Positions 1 through 14,400 of a stretch of 64,000 bases of DNA are shown here, one piece after another (within the stretch, counting starts at the first letter, position 1; each line of letters begins with the position of its first letter). Source of the DNA: the human T2T-CHM13v2.0 reference genome, Homo sapiens; NCBI RefSeq assembly GCF_009914755.1, contig NC_060929.1; one strand, written 5' to 3'. The notes beneath the pieces are model-generated. The model was not told where the DNA came from. It worked only from the letters and a program-made list of their open reading frames with translations, and searched no databases. A program made the position numbers and the translations under genes.

Positions 1-1224
1 ATTTATGTTATCTGATCCAGTAGAGAAACAAAAAAGAAGATTGGATTAAGATGAGATCAGGCATTGAAGATTTACAATAGAAAGGGTAAAGGTGGTAACC
101 AATGTGCATTTTCAAACACTGGAAAACACTTGAATAAAGTATTTTAACTGAAAAGCCAGTTTTCAGCTATAGAATACACTGTAATAATTCAGAATGTCAT
201 GTTCAAAAACAGAAAAAAATAAAACTCACCATTAGATAAGGAATAAGTAAAAAATATTTTTCTTTTTTTGTTAACATGTTAAGATGTACCATGCTGAAAA
301 CATATATACTTTTAAAAGTCCTCATTATAATTTAAGGAACTATTGTGTATGATCATGTTCATTTATATGCCTAATTCTTTGTTTGCTAATTATGGAATTG
401 AATTAATTAATTAGAAAAGCAAGTTGGGAGGAATTCTGAAATAGTGTAGTTCTACTCTTACTCTGAAGAAGTTGAAGGGATCTTTAAAATAATACACATG
501 TTCCATCCCCTGACCTTCTTGTTCATAAAACTGCTGAAATAACCACAATGTCTTTAAGTCTCCTCCATGTATATACATATGTGTGAGCACACACATATAC
601 ACACAAACATAGATTAATAATTTATGGTAGAAATTTTATTAAGGTAGAAATTTTTGGTTAGTTTCTACATACAGTGTCCTTCAGAGAAAATGTGTATCTT
701 TTCACATTTATGGTCCTAAAGTGGCAGTTTTAAAATAAAATAGGAGCTTTCAAAATGTGGATGTGTAGATGCATGAGTTATGAGTAGTACTAAAAATATT
801 AACCTAGCATTTGTTTAAAAAATACTGAGATCTGATATGGCCAAGAGTTGATATACAGCATAAAGCTTACTTGTGAAATAAATTTTAATAAAGATTACAT
901 TTAAAAGGTTACTTGAGAAAAGAGTCATTCTTTTTCATTCTTTTCAAGTACAGATAGAATTAAAGTTGACCATGTACTTACAACAAAAGAAGTCTTAGCA
1001 AATGCCAGATAACAAAATCATACACATCTTCTTTCTAAGTTATAATGTGAAAGTTAAATTGGTAACAGTAAGTTAGTAAAAATAGTGTAATTTGTGTACT
1101 AGAAGATACTTCAGAAAACTGCATAAATAAAATAATAAATAAAAAATAAAATAATATCAATTTAGAACTAAAACAGGGGAAAACATTCTTTTAAAAAGTG
1201 TTTGAAATAAGCATGACCATGTCC

Positions 1225-3727
1225 TATATGCCAGGACTTGTTCTGAACAATAACAACAAAAATTATGAAGCACACAAAAAGATAGCAGAAATCAATTATG
1301 AGAAACAGGGTCAGACACGACATAGATATAGGACTGACATGGTAATTACAATAACTATGCTTAATATATTAAAGCCTTTAATAGAAAAGAGAGCCCCAGA
1401 GAGATAATTCCAGCCACAAAATGGAAACCATAAGAAAAAAATCAAGTAGAAAATATAGAAATCAGAACAATGTGTAGAAATGAAGATCTTCAATAAACTC
1501 ATAAGTAGACTCAGCATAGTTGAGGAAAAAATCAGTAATGTTGAATAAACAATGATTAAACAGCCCAATTAAAATGAAAAGAAAAAAGAGAAACAAAAAA
1601 AATTCTAGATCTTTGGCACAATATAAAATATTCTAATTTATGCATAATTGGAATTTTTAAAGAAGAAATGTTTAATGAAATAATGGGTGACACATTTGCA
1701 GAAGTAATGCCAAGCTGCAAACTTGTTCTAAGGTAACTTAGTATCAAGCTGGAAAAAAACCCAAAATATACAAACAGGCTTGCATATACACACGTGTGAA
1801 TGTGCACACACACACACACACATAAACACACAGCCCTAAGCATTTTATAGTCAAACTGCTGACTGGTGAAGTCTATGAGAAAATTTTTAAGACAGATAAA
1901 AAGGCATTTTGCTTTCAGAGAGCCAATGATAAGAAATACAGCAGACTTATCATCAAAAGCCATGTGAATAAGAAGACAATGGAGTGACATCTCTGATATG
2001 TTAAATGAAACACCTGTCAACCTCAACACCAGTGAAAGAATCTTTCCAAATTACAATAAAAAGACACACTGTGACAAACAAAACCTGAATGATTTGTTTA
2101 TTCCCATATTCCTTGCCAGTAGAACTACACTACAGACAATGTTTAAGAAAGTTCTTCAAGCAGAAAAAAAAACTGTGATATAGTCAGAAACTTGGATCTA
2201 TACTGAATAGAGACTTGCCCATGGAATAAATGATACTTGATTCTTTAATGCAAAATGGTAACAATATACATGTGTACTAATGCATATATAATAATATACA
2301 AGTATAAAATTAAAATAACAGTAATGGAATATGGAATGAGAGAAAGATATTGGAAACATAAGGTCCATAAACTGTATGTGAGTGGCATAATATTTTGTTA
2401 ATATAGCCTCTGATTATTTACAAATGTGTATTGTCAACCATAGAGATACTGCTGAAAAAAAAGATAAAAAATATGAAAATAGACATATAAAAGCCACAAA
2501 ACTATAATATACTTAGTTAAAACTAAAACTAAGTATATTATATGGTTGGAAAAGTGGGAAAGAAACAAATAACAAAAGAAACATAGAATACTGCTAGAGA
2601 GATGATATATTTTAATCAAAAATTTTTGATGATCAGATTAAATGTGAATGGTCTAAACTCAGTTGTTAAGTGATAGATTGTTAAATCAGATAAAGAAATG
2701 TAGAACTCAGCTATATTCTTACGACAAACATTCCAATGTAAATAAAAAGATACAGATTTTTACTTAAAAGGATGAAGAAAGATATTCCATTTAAATACTA
2801 ATTCAAAATAAAGCTAGACTGGCTGTATTAATTTCAGACAAAGTAGATTTCAAAACAACACTTACAAGGGACAAAGAGTGACATTAGATAATTGTGAAGA
2901 TAACAATTATCTTCACACCAATCCTGTGTGAAGATACACCAATCCAGTGCGTGTATGTAACTAACAACAGACGTTCAAGATTTGTGAGGCCAAGAAAATG
3001 CTAGATCTGGAAGGAGTAGTAGATATGTGCACAATTACAGTGGAATATTTTACTTATTTTTCAGTAAACTATAGACAAGCCAGCAGAAAATAAGCAACAA
3101 CTTCTATGACATGAAAAATCAGCTTGATCTAATTGACATTTTAGAACACTACACCCAATGAGAATAAAGAAACACATTCATCTCAAGAGAACATTGATGA
3201 TTCACCACAACAGATTATACTTGGAGTCATTAAATAAACCTTAATACAACAAATACACACATTGAAATCCTATACAGTATGCTCTAAAAACAAGAAAATG
3301 TAATTAGAAATCAATAATCTAAATATATCTGGAAATTACTTAATACATGGAAATTAAACACACAGCTAAACACAGAATCCAAGAGCAAGATTCAAGAAAA
3401 ATGTAAAATTTCTTAAGTACATGTATTTTTAAAAATTGAAAGTAAAGAATAAAACATCACAATTTGTGAACTGAAATTAAAGCAGTGCCTAGTGAAAACC
3501 TTATAACATTAAAGGCTTATATTAGAAAAAGAAAGATTTAAAATCACTACCCTCTGCTTCCATCTGAAAAGACAAGAGGCAGAAAAGCAAAATGAACTCA
3601 AAGCACATAGAAGGAAGAAAATGATTTTGATAGCACAAAAATCAATAGATTGCAAATTAAATTAATAAAAATTCAAATAATGAATCAAGTCAACACATTA
3701 AAAAAAAGTAGATAAGACAAAAATTAT
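1225..3727 (+). mobile_element. Ancient L1M (L1MC/MD-like) LINE: decayed ORF1 and ORF2 endonuclease region, left part
   Basis: A-rich L1-like sense strand; ttaaatgtgaatggtctaaac (LNVNGLN) at ~2638 and 'tcagacaaagtagatttcaaaaca' match the L1 endonuclease region; many stops and frameshifts. Confidence 0.85.
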
Positions 3728-3976
3728 CGTAAGAGGATGAAAAATGCCCCACCTACAGAGGCCCGCATTCTAATCCCCGGAAATTTTGAATACTGCTTTA
3801 CATGGAAACAGGGTCTTTGCTGATGTGATTAACGTATGACTCTTGAGATGGAGAGAGTATCTTGGAAGAAAAGGGTAGGCCCTAATGCAACCCTTTGTAT
3901 GATCATAAGAGGGTGATTTGACACAGACATAAGAGGAGAAGCCAATTTGACTATGGGGGCAGACATTGAAGTGTCG
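3728..3976 (+). mobile_element. MLT1C/D-type MaLR LTR, 5' part
   Basis: 'ctaatccccggaa...gggtctttgctgatgtgattaa...cttgagatggagag' matches the MLT1 5' consensus; interrupted at 3977. Confidence 0.85.
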
Positions 3977-4901
3977 TGATGATGGAAGTGGCTGCCCATC
4001 TGGCTGTGTGCTCCTCAGAAGCTGGCAGGAGCCAGGAGCAGGTGGGAGCCCCAACCCCTACCAAGTTGGCTGGGCAGGAGCCCTATCTTCCCGGGCACAG
4101 CTGCAGATGCCCAGCTGCGGCTCTGGACCTAGGCATACCTGCCCTCTCAGGGGTCCAGGAAGTCCCCCTTGCTCCTGCAGGTTCCAAAGCACCTGCTCTT
4201 GCTCCCTGGCCCCTCCCTGCTCCTGGCTCTTATTTTGGAGCAAAGTTGTGGCCAAGCATGGGTGATGTTGCATCCCGGCCAGGTATGCGTGTGTTCAGGG
4301 CAGCACTGACACACAAGATCCCCTCTGCCATCTCTGCCCCTCAAGACTTTGGGCACTGATAAGCACAGGAGGGAGGCATGGGTGGGGAGGGTATTGGGGT
4401 GCTGAGGGCAGCTCGGAACTGGCCCGCACTCACCCCTTGGTGCAAACAGCCAGGCCGCCGTTGATGGTGATAGGAGCTTCTTGAGGGAGGGCTGTGACAC
4501 TCTCTTTGGGGATCTGCGGTTCCTGGTGTATCCAAGCTTCTGACCACCATCCTGTTCCCCAGTGCCTGCAGTGGAAGCCGCCTGTGGTATGCCTGGTCCA
4601 GCCACCACCTCGTCAGGAGCCGGTGTCTGTGCCAGCGTCTGGAGCTGCCCGCCCCACTGCAACTGATGTGCCTGGCTGTGCACAGTGGCCAGACCCTACA
4701 CTCACTCACAAACCCTTCACTACTGCGCACCTGGTTCAGCCTTGGCAGGCTTGGGATCTGGGCTGGTAGTGTGAGCAGAGCGCAGCCTGCTGGGCTGAGT
4801 GGGTACAATGAGCCCCATAGGCAAAAGTAAAACTCTGACAAAGGTGTACTGGCCACAGAGATATTGAGCTGGAAATGTAATACCCTAAGGATACTGTGAC
4901 A
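3977..4901 (+). mobile_element. MER52-family ERV1 solo LTR
   Basis: GC-rich island with TG...CA ends; ends 'ctggccacagagatattgagctgg...ccctaaggatactgtgaca', typical of the MER52 3' end; explains all GC-rich ORFs here. Confidence 0.85.
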
Positions 4902-5101
4902 ATCAAACGCAGTCAAGGCATGTGGGCAGCCAAGAGGCCAGAAGTGATTTGTCCCCTAGAGCCTCCAGAGGGAACATGCCAAAGCTGACACTGTGATTTT
5001 AAACCAGTGAAACTGATTTCAGACTTCTAGACTCCGGAACTATAAGAACATAAATTTAATCTTTGTGTCATTTGTTAAAACAACCATAGGAAATTAATAC
5101 A
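4902..5101 (+). mobile_element. MLT1C/D-type LTR, 3' part
   Basis: 'cccctagagcctccagaggga...gacttctagactccggaactataaga...ataggaaattaataca'; attat/ttatc duplicated at both ends of the whole MLT1. Confidence 0.85.
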
Positions 5102-5230
5102 TTATCATATCAGGAATAGAAGAGAGAGCATCACCACTATCAATCCCACAGTTATTTAGAGAATAATAAAATTATACTGGGAACTACTGTACATCCGTAA
5201 ATTTGATAATTTAGAAGGGATAGACATATA
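5102..5230 (+). mobile_element. L1M ORF2 continuation after the LTR insertions
   Basis: 'atatcaggaatagaagagagagcatcaccact...aaatttgataatttagaagg' is collinear with the L1 ORF2 sequence ending at 3727. Confidence 0.75.
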
Positions 5231-5317
5231 ATTAACAGAAAGGTTAAACTTTATTGGTATATGTAGATAAATATAGGTAGATGATATAAATATAGCTAAT
5301 ATAAACATACGTGTGTA

Positions 5318-5562
5318 ACTAAACGCAACATGATAGTCTGGGTTGAGTTCTGAAACAGAAAAAGAATTTTAGCTAAAGAAAACTATTAATATACAAAATA
5401 ATGTTCATTATTTAATTAATGGAATTTGACTAAATAGAATTTCTTAATTTAGACAGATATACTTTATTTATCTGATGGTATCATTAAGGGAAGCTGATTG
5501 AGGACAGATGGTTGCTTTCTGTACCATCTGGTTTTGCTATCAATCTACAATTATTTCAAAAA
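5318..5562 (+). mobile_element. L1MC-type 3' UTR end
   Basis: 'taaacgcaacatg...gaaacagaaaaaga...cattaagggaagctg...tctacaattatttcaaaa' resembles the L1MC 3' end. Confidence 0.65.
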
Positions 5563-5569
5563 CGATTTT

Positions 5570-5890
<321 letters not shown>

Positions 5891-5900
5891 TTATTTGTAG

Positions 5901-6348
<448 letters not shown>

Positions 6349-6737
6349 AGTTTAACTCTTTAAAGTATGTCTTTACTAGAATAACATTGGTCTTAGTTTT
6401 AATACTGTAAATAGTCTACTAACTACATGTCTTATTTTTAATAAAAGAAACCACCTCAATATTAAAATGTACAATAATAAATAATCTATGGTGTTTAAAA
6501 TCATTTATTTCATCCTCTAAACTACATAGGTAACTAAAAATAGGGGTTTTTTGTATTTAAATGGGTAGTTAAAATTTAATCAGATGTAATTAGTTTTTGG
6601 AATATATTTGGTACATATGTCAAAAATATTTTTATATAAAAATTTATTAATTATGCCTTTCTGTGCACATTTTTAAAACAGAAGAATTAACTGCACAATG
6701 AAGAAGTTTTCCAGTATGCTCCAAGAAAATGAATTCA

Positions 6738-7062
6738 GACCAGGTGCAGTGGCTCATGTCTGCAATCACAGCATTTTGGGAGGCCGAGACAGGTGGTTCA
6801 CTTGAGCTCAAGAGTTTAAGACCAGCTTGGGCAACATGGCAAAAACCCATTTACACACACACACACGCACACACACACAAAGTAAAACAAAAGTACAAAA
6901 ATTAGTCAGGTATGGTGGCTCACATCTGTGATCCTAGCTATTCAGGACGTTGAGGTGGTAGAATCAGTTGAGCCCAGGAAGTTGAGGCTGCAATGAGCTG
7001 AGATCAGGCCACTGCACTCCAGCCTGGGTAACAGAGCAAGACACTGTCTCAAAACGAAAACA
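6738..7062 (+). mobile_element. AluJ with a (CA)n tract at the central linker
   Basis: 'cttgagctcaagag','gagcccaggaagttgaggctgca' J-type positions; CA repeat at ~6853-6879. Confidence 0.93.
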
Positions 7063-7764
7063 ATATATTATTTCAGAATTGTCAATTTTTAAAAATATAA
7101 ACATACATCAAGCAATGCATCAAAGTTTCCATATGATAATTACAATACAACAACTTACAAAAACTCAAGGCTCACGTGATTACTGTATTTCTTAGCGATA
7201 GCCTTAACATGAGAATATCTATTTTGTATCTTAAAAATGAATCACAACACTATAATGTTTTTAGCTCCTTCAGAAATGTCTGGTAACTTATTTTTCATCC
7301 TGTTTTCTGTTCCAAGGAACTTTAATGGATGACATCAATGATTCTGTTTAATTGGCCCTCAGATCACAGTGATGGGTTGCTACATTGTCCTTGTCTGGTT
7401 AATCTTTGTCATTTTTTAACAATAAACCAGCACAGCCAAGGGAAATAATAAAGTAAAGAAATGTAAAATCCTTAAGTTAATCAGATAGTCTGTGGATAAT
7501 TTCTTTCCATTGTGCATTCATTAATGATTATTTCTAAGCTAAAATTACAATTAAATTTGACAATTAAGGATACTAAATAATTTTATAGACTAACGTAAAA
7601 TGTAATAGGTTCTTACAATTTTCTGTTATAATGTTTAAAAACCACCATAACATAAAGAGTAATGATATTTTATATAAAATATTACCACATTAGATCCTTC
7701 AAAACTCAAATGAAGAGAGTGATTAAAATAAACACCTATAGATGAATTTTAATGGGCATACATT

Positions 7765-7880
7765 TTACCAAACCTTTTATGTACTTCATCTAATTGAATC
7801 TCATGGTAATCCTGGGAAGTAAATGCTTTTATCTATATTTTACAGAGGAGAAAATTGGCAAAATAAGGTTATGTGAGGTA
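7765..7880 (-). mobile_element. MIR fragment
   Basis: MIR core 'tattttacagaggagaaaattggca...ggttatgtga'. Confidence 0.6.
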
Positions 7881-8004
7881 CAAAAATTCTACCTTTTGTA
7901 ACTATGTGTTTTATGTATTTAGTAAAAATGATGTATAATATTTCTAGTATCTTTTGCAATCTAGTCTTTTATTTAGAAAAATAACTGTTGTTTTAATGAA
8001 TACA

Positions 8005-8282
8005 GATATGAATGTATATAATTATGTATACATGTATGTGTTTGTTTGTATATTTACGTGTGTATCTTTGTGTGTGTGTATATGTATATAATTCCAAAAT
8101 TCCAAATTAACTACATATGTATATATATATACACAGTGAACAGTATATATGTAGTTAACAGTATATATAGTATATATATATAACAGTGTATATATAGTGT
8201 ATATATATACAGTTAACAGTATATATATAGTTAACAGTATACAGTTTACAGTATATATATATATAATATAGTTAATTTGGAA
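8005..8282. repeat. (TA)/(TG)-rich low-complexity satellite with recurring gttaacagtatata units
   Basis: Direct reading of the sequence. Confidence 0.9.
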
Positions 8283-8439
8283 ACTGTACCTTGAAGAAGA
8301 ATAAAATGAAAAATGAAAGAGTATTTTAAAGTGAGATCCTTTATTAAGATACTAGAATAAAAGCTATATATGCCCTCTAACAATTAAAGGCAAAGCTTGT
8401 ATTAAAATTGTGGTAAGAGAAACATAGAGCAGACATTCA

Positions 8440-9125
8440 CAGAGATTGCATATTGTAGTGATGAAAAGAGAGAAGAGAGGATATAAAAAATATTTCCTCT
8501 TTTCCTGTTGTTGTTTAAATTAGTTGCTAGAAAATGTTGTCGTATCATGAAGCTGGAAAAAGAAAAAAAAACGGATATAAGAATAAGTTTTTTGGGGAAA
8601 GAATGAGAATTCTACCTTAAACATATTTTATTCAGATATTTGGAAACATCCAATTCAAATGTTAAAAAGTCATTTAGAGTTTTGAAGAATCTGAACCTCA
8701 AAAAAAATTGTAAGGTACAAAAGCAAATTCAAGGTAATCGTTACATAGGATGACATCACCAGGGAGAGAATACAAGAGTAAATTTTCCTAGGATTGGGCC
8801 TTGAGCTATTCTAGGAGCTTATTTTGGAAAGAGGCAAAGGCAGCTAGGGATAATGGACTGTATCAACTTGAAAACCACGACAGCACAAAAGATTGTTGCA
8901 GAAACAGAGGAATAATTGTGCTGTAAGAATGAAGTCAAATTAAGATGAGAATATAAAATTTAATTGACAGTGAAGCTGTGATTCCTGAAAAATGCAGATT
9001 CCAGGAAATGGTGAAAAGGAAATACTGATTGATATGGTTTGATTATGTGAAAAAATAAAGTATTCCATGATTTTTGAAGGTGGAAGGACATAAAAGGGGT
9101 GGTACACAAGTGAAACAGGCGAAAC
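8440..9125 (-). mobile_element. L2 LINE fragment
   Basis: 'ggaaacatccaattcaaatg...ggatgacatcaccagggagagaat' resembles antisense L2; similar sequence resumes at ~15600-15960 after the L1PA. Confidence 0.6.
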
Positions 9126-10392
9126 TAAGATTGCATTTTATACAATTTACAGTGGTCAGTTTTGGTGTTCTTTTCCAGCAACACAACTTTGAGGAATATC
9201 ACTAAATAATTCAGAGAGGAGGACCCAAGACGACCAATTAGACACAGCTCCACTGTGTGACTCCCACCGAGAAGAAGGAAAACAGCCAGTGAATCCTGCT
9301 CCATCAACTGAGGTATCCAGGTCCTCTCACTGGGAATGACTAAGTCAGTTGTCATAACCCACGCAGAGCAAGGAAAAGCAGGGTGGAGCAATGACCCAGG
9401 AGCCACCTGGGATAAAGGGAACTCCCACACCCAGCCAAAGGAGATGACGAGTGAAAGTACTACCCCACCTGGGAAACCCAGCTGTTTCCATGGATCTTTG
9501 CATCCTGCAGATCAGGAGATCCCCTCATGAGCCCATGCCACCAGGGCCTTGGGTCTCAAGCAAAGAGCTGTACAACCCACTCAGGTTATGGCCACTGGCA
9601 GCAGGCGGGACACTGCCTAAGATGACTGAGTTCCTGCGGGGAGGGTTGGCCACCATCACTGTGGCTCCAGTCAGCCATTTCCCACTGGTGGTGTCAGGGA
9701 CACTGGGCAGTTTGGACTGAGAGGAATTTCCCACAGCACAGCACAGCGGCTGTGGCGGATCGTGGCCAGACTGTTTCTATAGGTGGCACCCGATTTATCT
9801 CTCCTCACCAGGCAGGGCCTCCCTACAGGAACTACAGCAACTCCAGCCAGGTGTTTATGGACAGAACTCTGATATCCCTGGGAAGGAACACCTTGGGGGA
9901 GAGGCAGACAGAGTCCTGTGGTTCAGCAGACTTAGTCTTTCCTGCCTGCTGGCAGTCTGGATGAGGGGGATTCTCCCTAGTGCAGCTGAACCTACTCAGC
10001 AAAGGACCTGCTTTTTAAAGCAGGTCCCTGATCTCATGCCTCCTGACTAGGTGAAAACTGCCAACGTGGGTCGCCAGACACCTCATACAGGAGCATTCTG
10101 GCTAGCATCGGCTCGCGCCCGGCTAGGATGGAGCTCCCTGAGGAAAGAGCAGGCAGCCATCTTTGCTGTTCTGCAGCCTCTGCTAGCGATACCTCCAGGC
10201 GCAGCAGGAACCCAGGGGAATAGGGTCTGGAATGGTACCCCAGTGAACTGCATAAACCCTAAGGAAGAGGGACCTAACTGTTAAAAGGAAAACGAACCAA
10301 CAGAAAGTAACAACATCAACACAAAAGACCCCGCAGAAACCCCATCCAAAGGTCAGCAGCCTCAAAGATCAAATATAGATAAACCCACGAAG

Positions 10393-11406
10393 AAGAGAAA
10401 GAATCAATGCAAAACTGCTGAAAACTCAAAATGTGAGAGTGCCTCTTCAGTTTCAAATGATTGCAACACCTCTCTAGCAAGTGCACAGAACAGGGGTGAG
10501 GCTGAGATGGATGAATTGACAGAAGTAGGCCTCCGAAGGTGGGTAATAATGAACTTCACTGAGCTTAAGGAGTATGTTCTAACCCAATGCAAAGAAGCTA
10601 AGAACCATGATAAAACATTACAGGAGCTGTTAACCAGAATATTCAGTTTAGAAAGGAACAAAAATGACCTGATGGAGCTGAAAAACACAACATGAGAAAT
10701 TCACAATGCAGCTACAAATATCAATAGCCAAATAGGCCAAGTGGAGAAAAGGGTATCAGAGCTTGTAGACTATCTTGTGAAAATAAGACAGGCAGACAAG
10801 ATTAGAGAAAAGAGAAAGAAAAGGAATGAAAAAAAAACCAAAAAGCCCTGAGAACCATGGGATTATGTAAAAAGACTGAACCTATAACTGATAGGGGTAC
10901 CTGAAAGAGATGGGGAGAATGGAACCAAGTTGGAAAACATACTTCACAATATCATTCAGGAGAACTTTCCCAACCTAGCAAGACAGGCCAACACTCAAAT
11001 TCAGGAAATCCAGAGAACCTCAGTCAGATACTCCATAAGGAGAACAATGTCAAGACCCATTATCAGCAGATTCTCCAAAGTCAAAATGAAGGAAAAAATG
11101 TTAAGGGCAGCCAGAGAGAAGGGCTAGGCCACCTACAAAGAGAAGCCCATCAGACTAACAGTGAACATCTTAGTGGAAACCCTAGAAGCCAGAAGGGATT
11201 GGGGGCCAATATTCAACATTCTTAAAAACAAAAATTTTCATATCCAACTTAACTAAGCTTCATAAGCAAAGGAGAAATAAAATCCTTTCAGACAAGCAAA
11301 TGCTAAAGGAATTTTTTACCGCCAGGCCTGTCTTGCAAGAGCTCCTAAAGGAAACACTAAATATGGAAAGCAAATCTATTACCAGCCACTATAAAAACAC
11401 ACTGAA
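10393..11406 (+). pseudogene. L1 ORF1p remnant
   Basis: Fragments 'MDELTEVGLRRWVIMNFTELKEYVLTQCKEAKNHDK' and 'ENILHNIIQENFPNLARQANTQIQEIQRT'; the start codon appears mutated; stops present. Confidence 0.9.
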
Positions 11407-11469
11407 CTACACAGACCATTGACACTATTAAGCCACTACATTAACAAGTCTGTAAAATAACTAGCCACC

Positions 11470-14400
11470 ATGATGAAGACGGGATCAAATTCACACATAA
11501 CAAGTTTAACCTTAAATGTAACTGGGCTGAATGTCCCAGTTAAAAAACACAGAATGGCAAGCTGGATAGAAAGAAAAGACCCATCAGTGTGCTGCATTCA
11601 AAAGACCCATCTCATGTGCAAAGATACATATAGGTTCAAAATAAAGGGATAGAGGAAAGTTTAACCAAGTAAATTGAAAGCAGAAAAAATCAGGGGTTGC
11701 GATCCTTGTTTCTGACGAAATAGACTTTAAACTAACAAAGATCAAAAAACACGAAGAAGGGAACTGCATAATGGTAAAGGGTTGAATTCAACAAGAAGAG
11801 TTAACTATCCTAAATATATATGCACCCAATACAGGAACACCCTGATCCGTGAAACAAGTTCTTAGAGACCTACAAAGAGACTTAGTCTCCCAGACTTTAA
11901 CTCCCCACTGTCAGTATTAGACAGATCATTGGAAAAAATGTAAAAAAAATATTTAGGCTTGAACTCTTCTCTGGATCAAGTGGAACGGATAGATATCTAC
12001 AGAACTCTCTACCCAAAAGAAACAAAATATACATTCTTCTTGGCACCATGTAGCATTTACTCTCAAATTGATTCAATAATTGGAAGTAAATTGCTCCTCA
12101 GCAAATGCAAAAAACTGAAATCATAACAAAGAGTCTCTCAGACCACAGTGCAATCAAATTAGAATGAAAGATCAAGAAACTCACTGAAAACCACACAACT
12201 ACATGGAAATTGAACAGCTTGCATCTGAATGACTCCTGGGTAAGTAATGAAATTAAGGAAGAATTCAGTAAGTTCTTTGAAACCAATGAGAAGAAAGAGA
12301 CAATGTACCAGAATCTCAGGGATGCAACTAAAGCAGTATTAAGAGGGAATTGTATAGCAGTAAGTACCCACCTCAAGAAGCTAGAAAGATCTCAAATTGA
12401 CACCCTAGCATCACAACTAAAAGAACTAGAGAACCAAGAGCAAATAAACCCCACAGCTAGGAGAAGACAAGAAATAACCAAGATCAGAGCAGAACTGAAG
12501 GAGATGGAGACACACACACACGCACACACACACAAAAAACCCTTCAAAAAATGAACAATTCCAGGAGCTGTTTTATTGAAAAAATTAATTAAAAAATGGA
12601 CTGCTAGCTAGACTAATAAAGAAGAAAACAAAGAAGAATTAAATAGACACAATAAAAATTGTTAAAGAGGGTATCACCACTGACCACACAGAAATACCAA
12701 CAAAAATCAGATAATATTATAAACACCTCTATGCACGTAAACTAGGAAATCTAGAAGAAATGGATATATTCCTGGAAACATACACCCTCCTAAGACTGAA
12801 CCAGGAAGAAGCTGAATTCCTGAATAGACTGTTAACTAATTCTGAAATTAAAGCAGTAATAATCTACCAATCAAAGAAAGCCTAGGAACAGATGGATTTA
12901 CAGCTGAGTTCTACCAGAGGTACAAAGAGTAGCTAGTACCATATTTTTCTGAAATCATTTCAAACAATTGAAAAGGAGGGACTCCTCTCTAACTCATTTT
13001 ATGAGGCCAGCATTATCCTGATACCAAAGCCTGACAGAGATATAACAACAACAGCAAAAAAAAAACAAAACAAAACAATAAAAACAAATGAACAAACAAA
13101 CAACCCATTTCAAGTTAATACCACTGATGAACATTGATGCAAAAAATCTCAATAAAATACAGGCAAACCTAATCCAGCAGCACATCAAAAAGTTCATCCA
13201 CCACGATTAAGTTGGCTTCATCCCCAAGACACTAGGCTGGTTCAATATATTCAAAATAAATAAACATAATTCATCACGTAAAGAGAACTAAAGACAAAAA
13301 CCACATGATTATATCAATAGATGCAGAAAAGACCTTCAATAAAATTCAACATCCTTTCATGTTAAAAACCCTCAATAAACTAGGTATTAAAGGAACATAC
13401 CTAAAATAATAAAAGCCATTTTTGTCAAACCCACAGCTAACAGCATACTGAATGAGTAAAAGATGGAAGCATTCCCTTGAAAATCAGCACAAAATAAGGA
13501 TGCCCTCTCTCACGGCTCCTATTCAAAACAGTATTGGAAGTTCTAGCAAAGGCAATCAGACAAGAGAAAGAAATAAAGGATATTCAAATAGGAAGAGAGG
13601 AAGTCAGATTGTCTTTCTTTGCAGATGACTTGATCCTGTATATAGAAAACCCCATCATCTAAGCCCCAAAACTCCTTAAGCTGGTAAGCAACTAGAGCAA
13701 AGTCTCAGGATACAAAATCAATGTGCAAAAATCACAGGTATTCCTACACACAGACAGCAGGCAAGCAGAGAGCCAAATTATGAATGAACTCCCATTCACA
13801 ATTGCTACAAAGAGAATAAAACGCCTAGGAATACAGCTAACAAGGGACATGAAGGGCAACTTTAAGGAGGACTACAAACCACTGCTCAAGGAAATCAGAG
13901 AGGACACAAAGAAATGGAAATACATTCCATTCTCATGGATAGAAAGAATCAACATTCTGAAAATGGCCACAATGCCCAAAGTAATTTATAAATTCAGTGC
14001 TATTCTCATCAAACTATTGACATTCTTCACAGAATTAGATAAAACTACTTTAAAACTCATATGGAACCAAAAAAGAGCCTGTATAGCCAAAACAAGCCTA
14101 AGCAAAAAGAACAAATATGGAGGCATCACACTACCTGTCTTCAAACTACACTACAAGGCTACAGTAATCAAAACAGCATGGTACTGGTAACAAAACAGAC
14201 TCATAGACCAATAGAACAGAATAGAGAATTCAGAAATAAGACTGCACTTCTATGACCATGTGATCTTAGACAAACCTGACAAAAACAAGCAATGGGGAAA
14301 GAATTTCCTATTTAATAAGTGGTAATGGGAATACTGGCTAGCCACATGCAGAAAACTGAAACTGGACCTCTTCTTTACACCTTTTACAAAAATTAACTCA

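Noticed and set aside
3770-4916. Cluster of 70-190 aa GC-rich ORFs on both strands
   Set aside because: All lie within MER52/MLT1 LTR sequence; stop-poor because of GC content; no recognisable protein motifs
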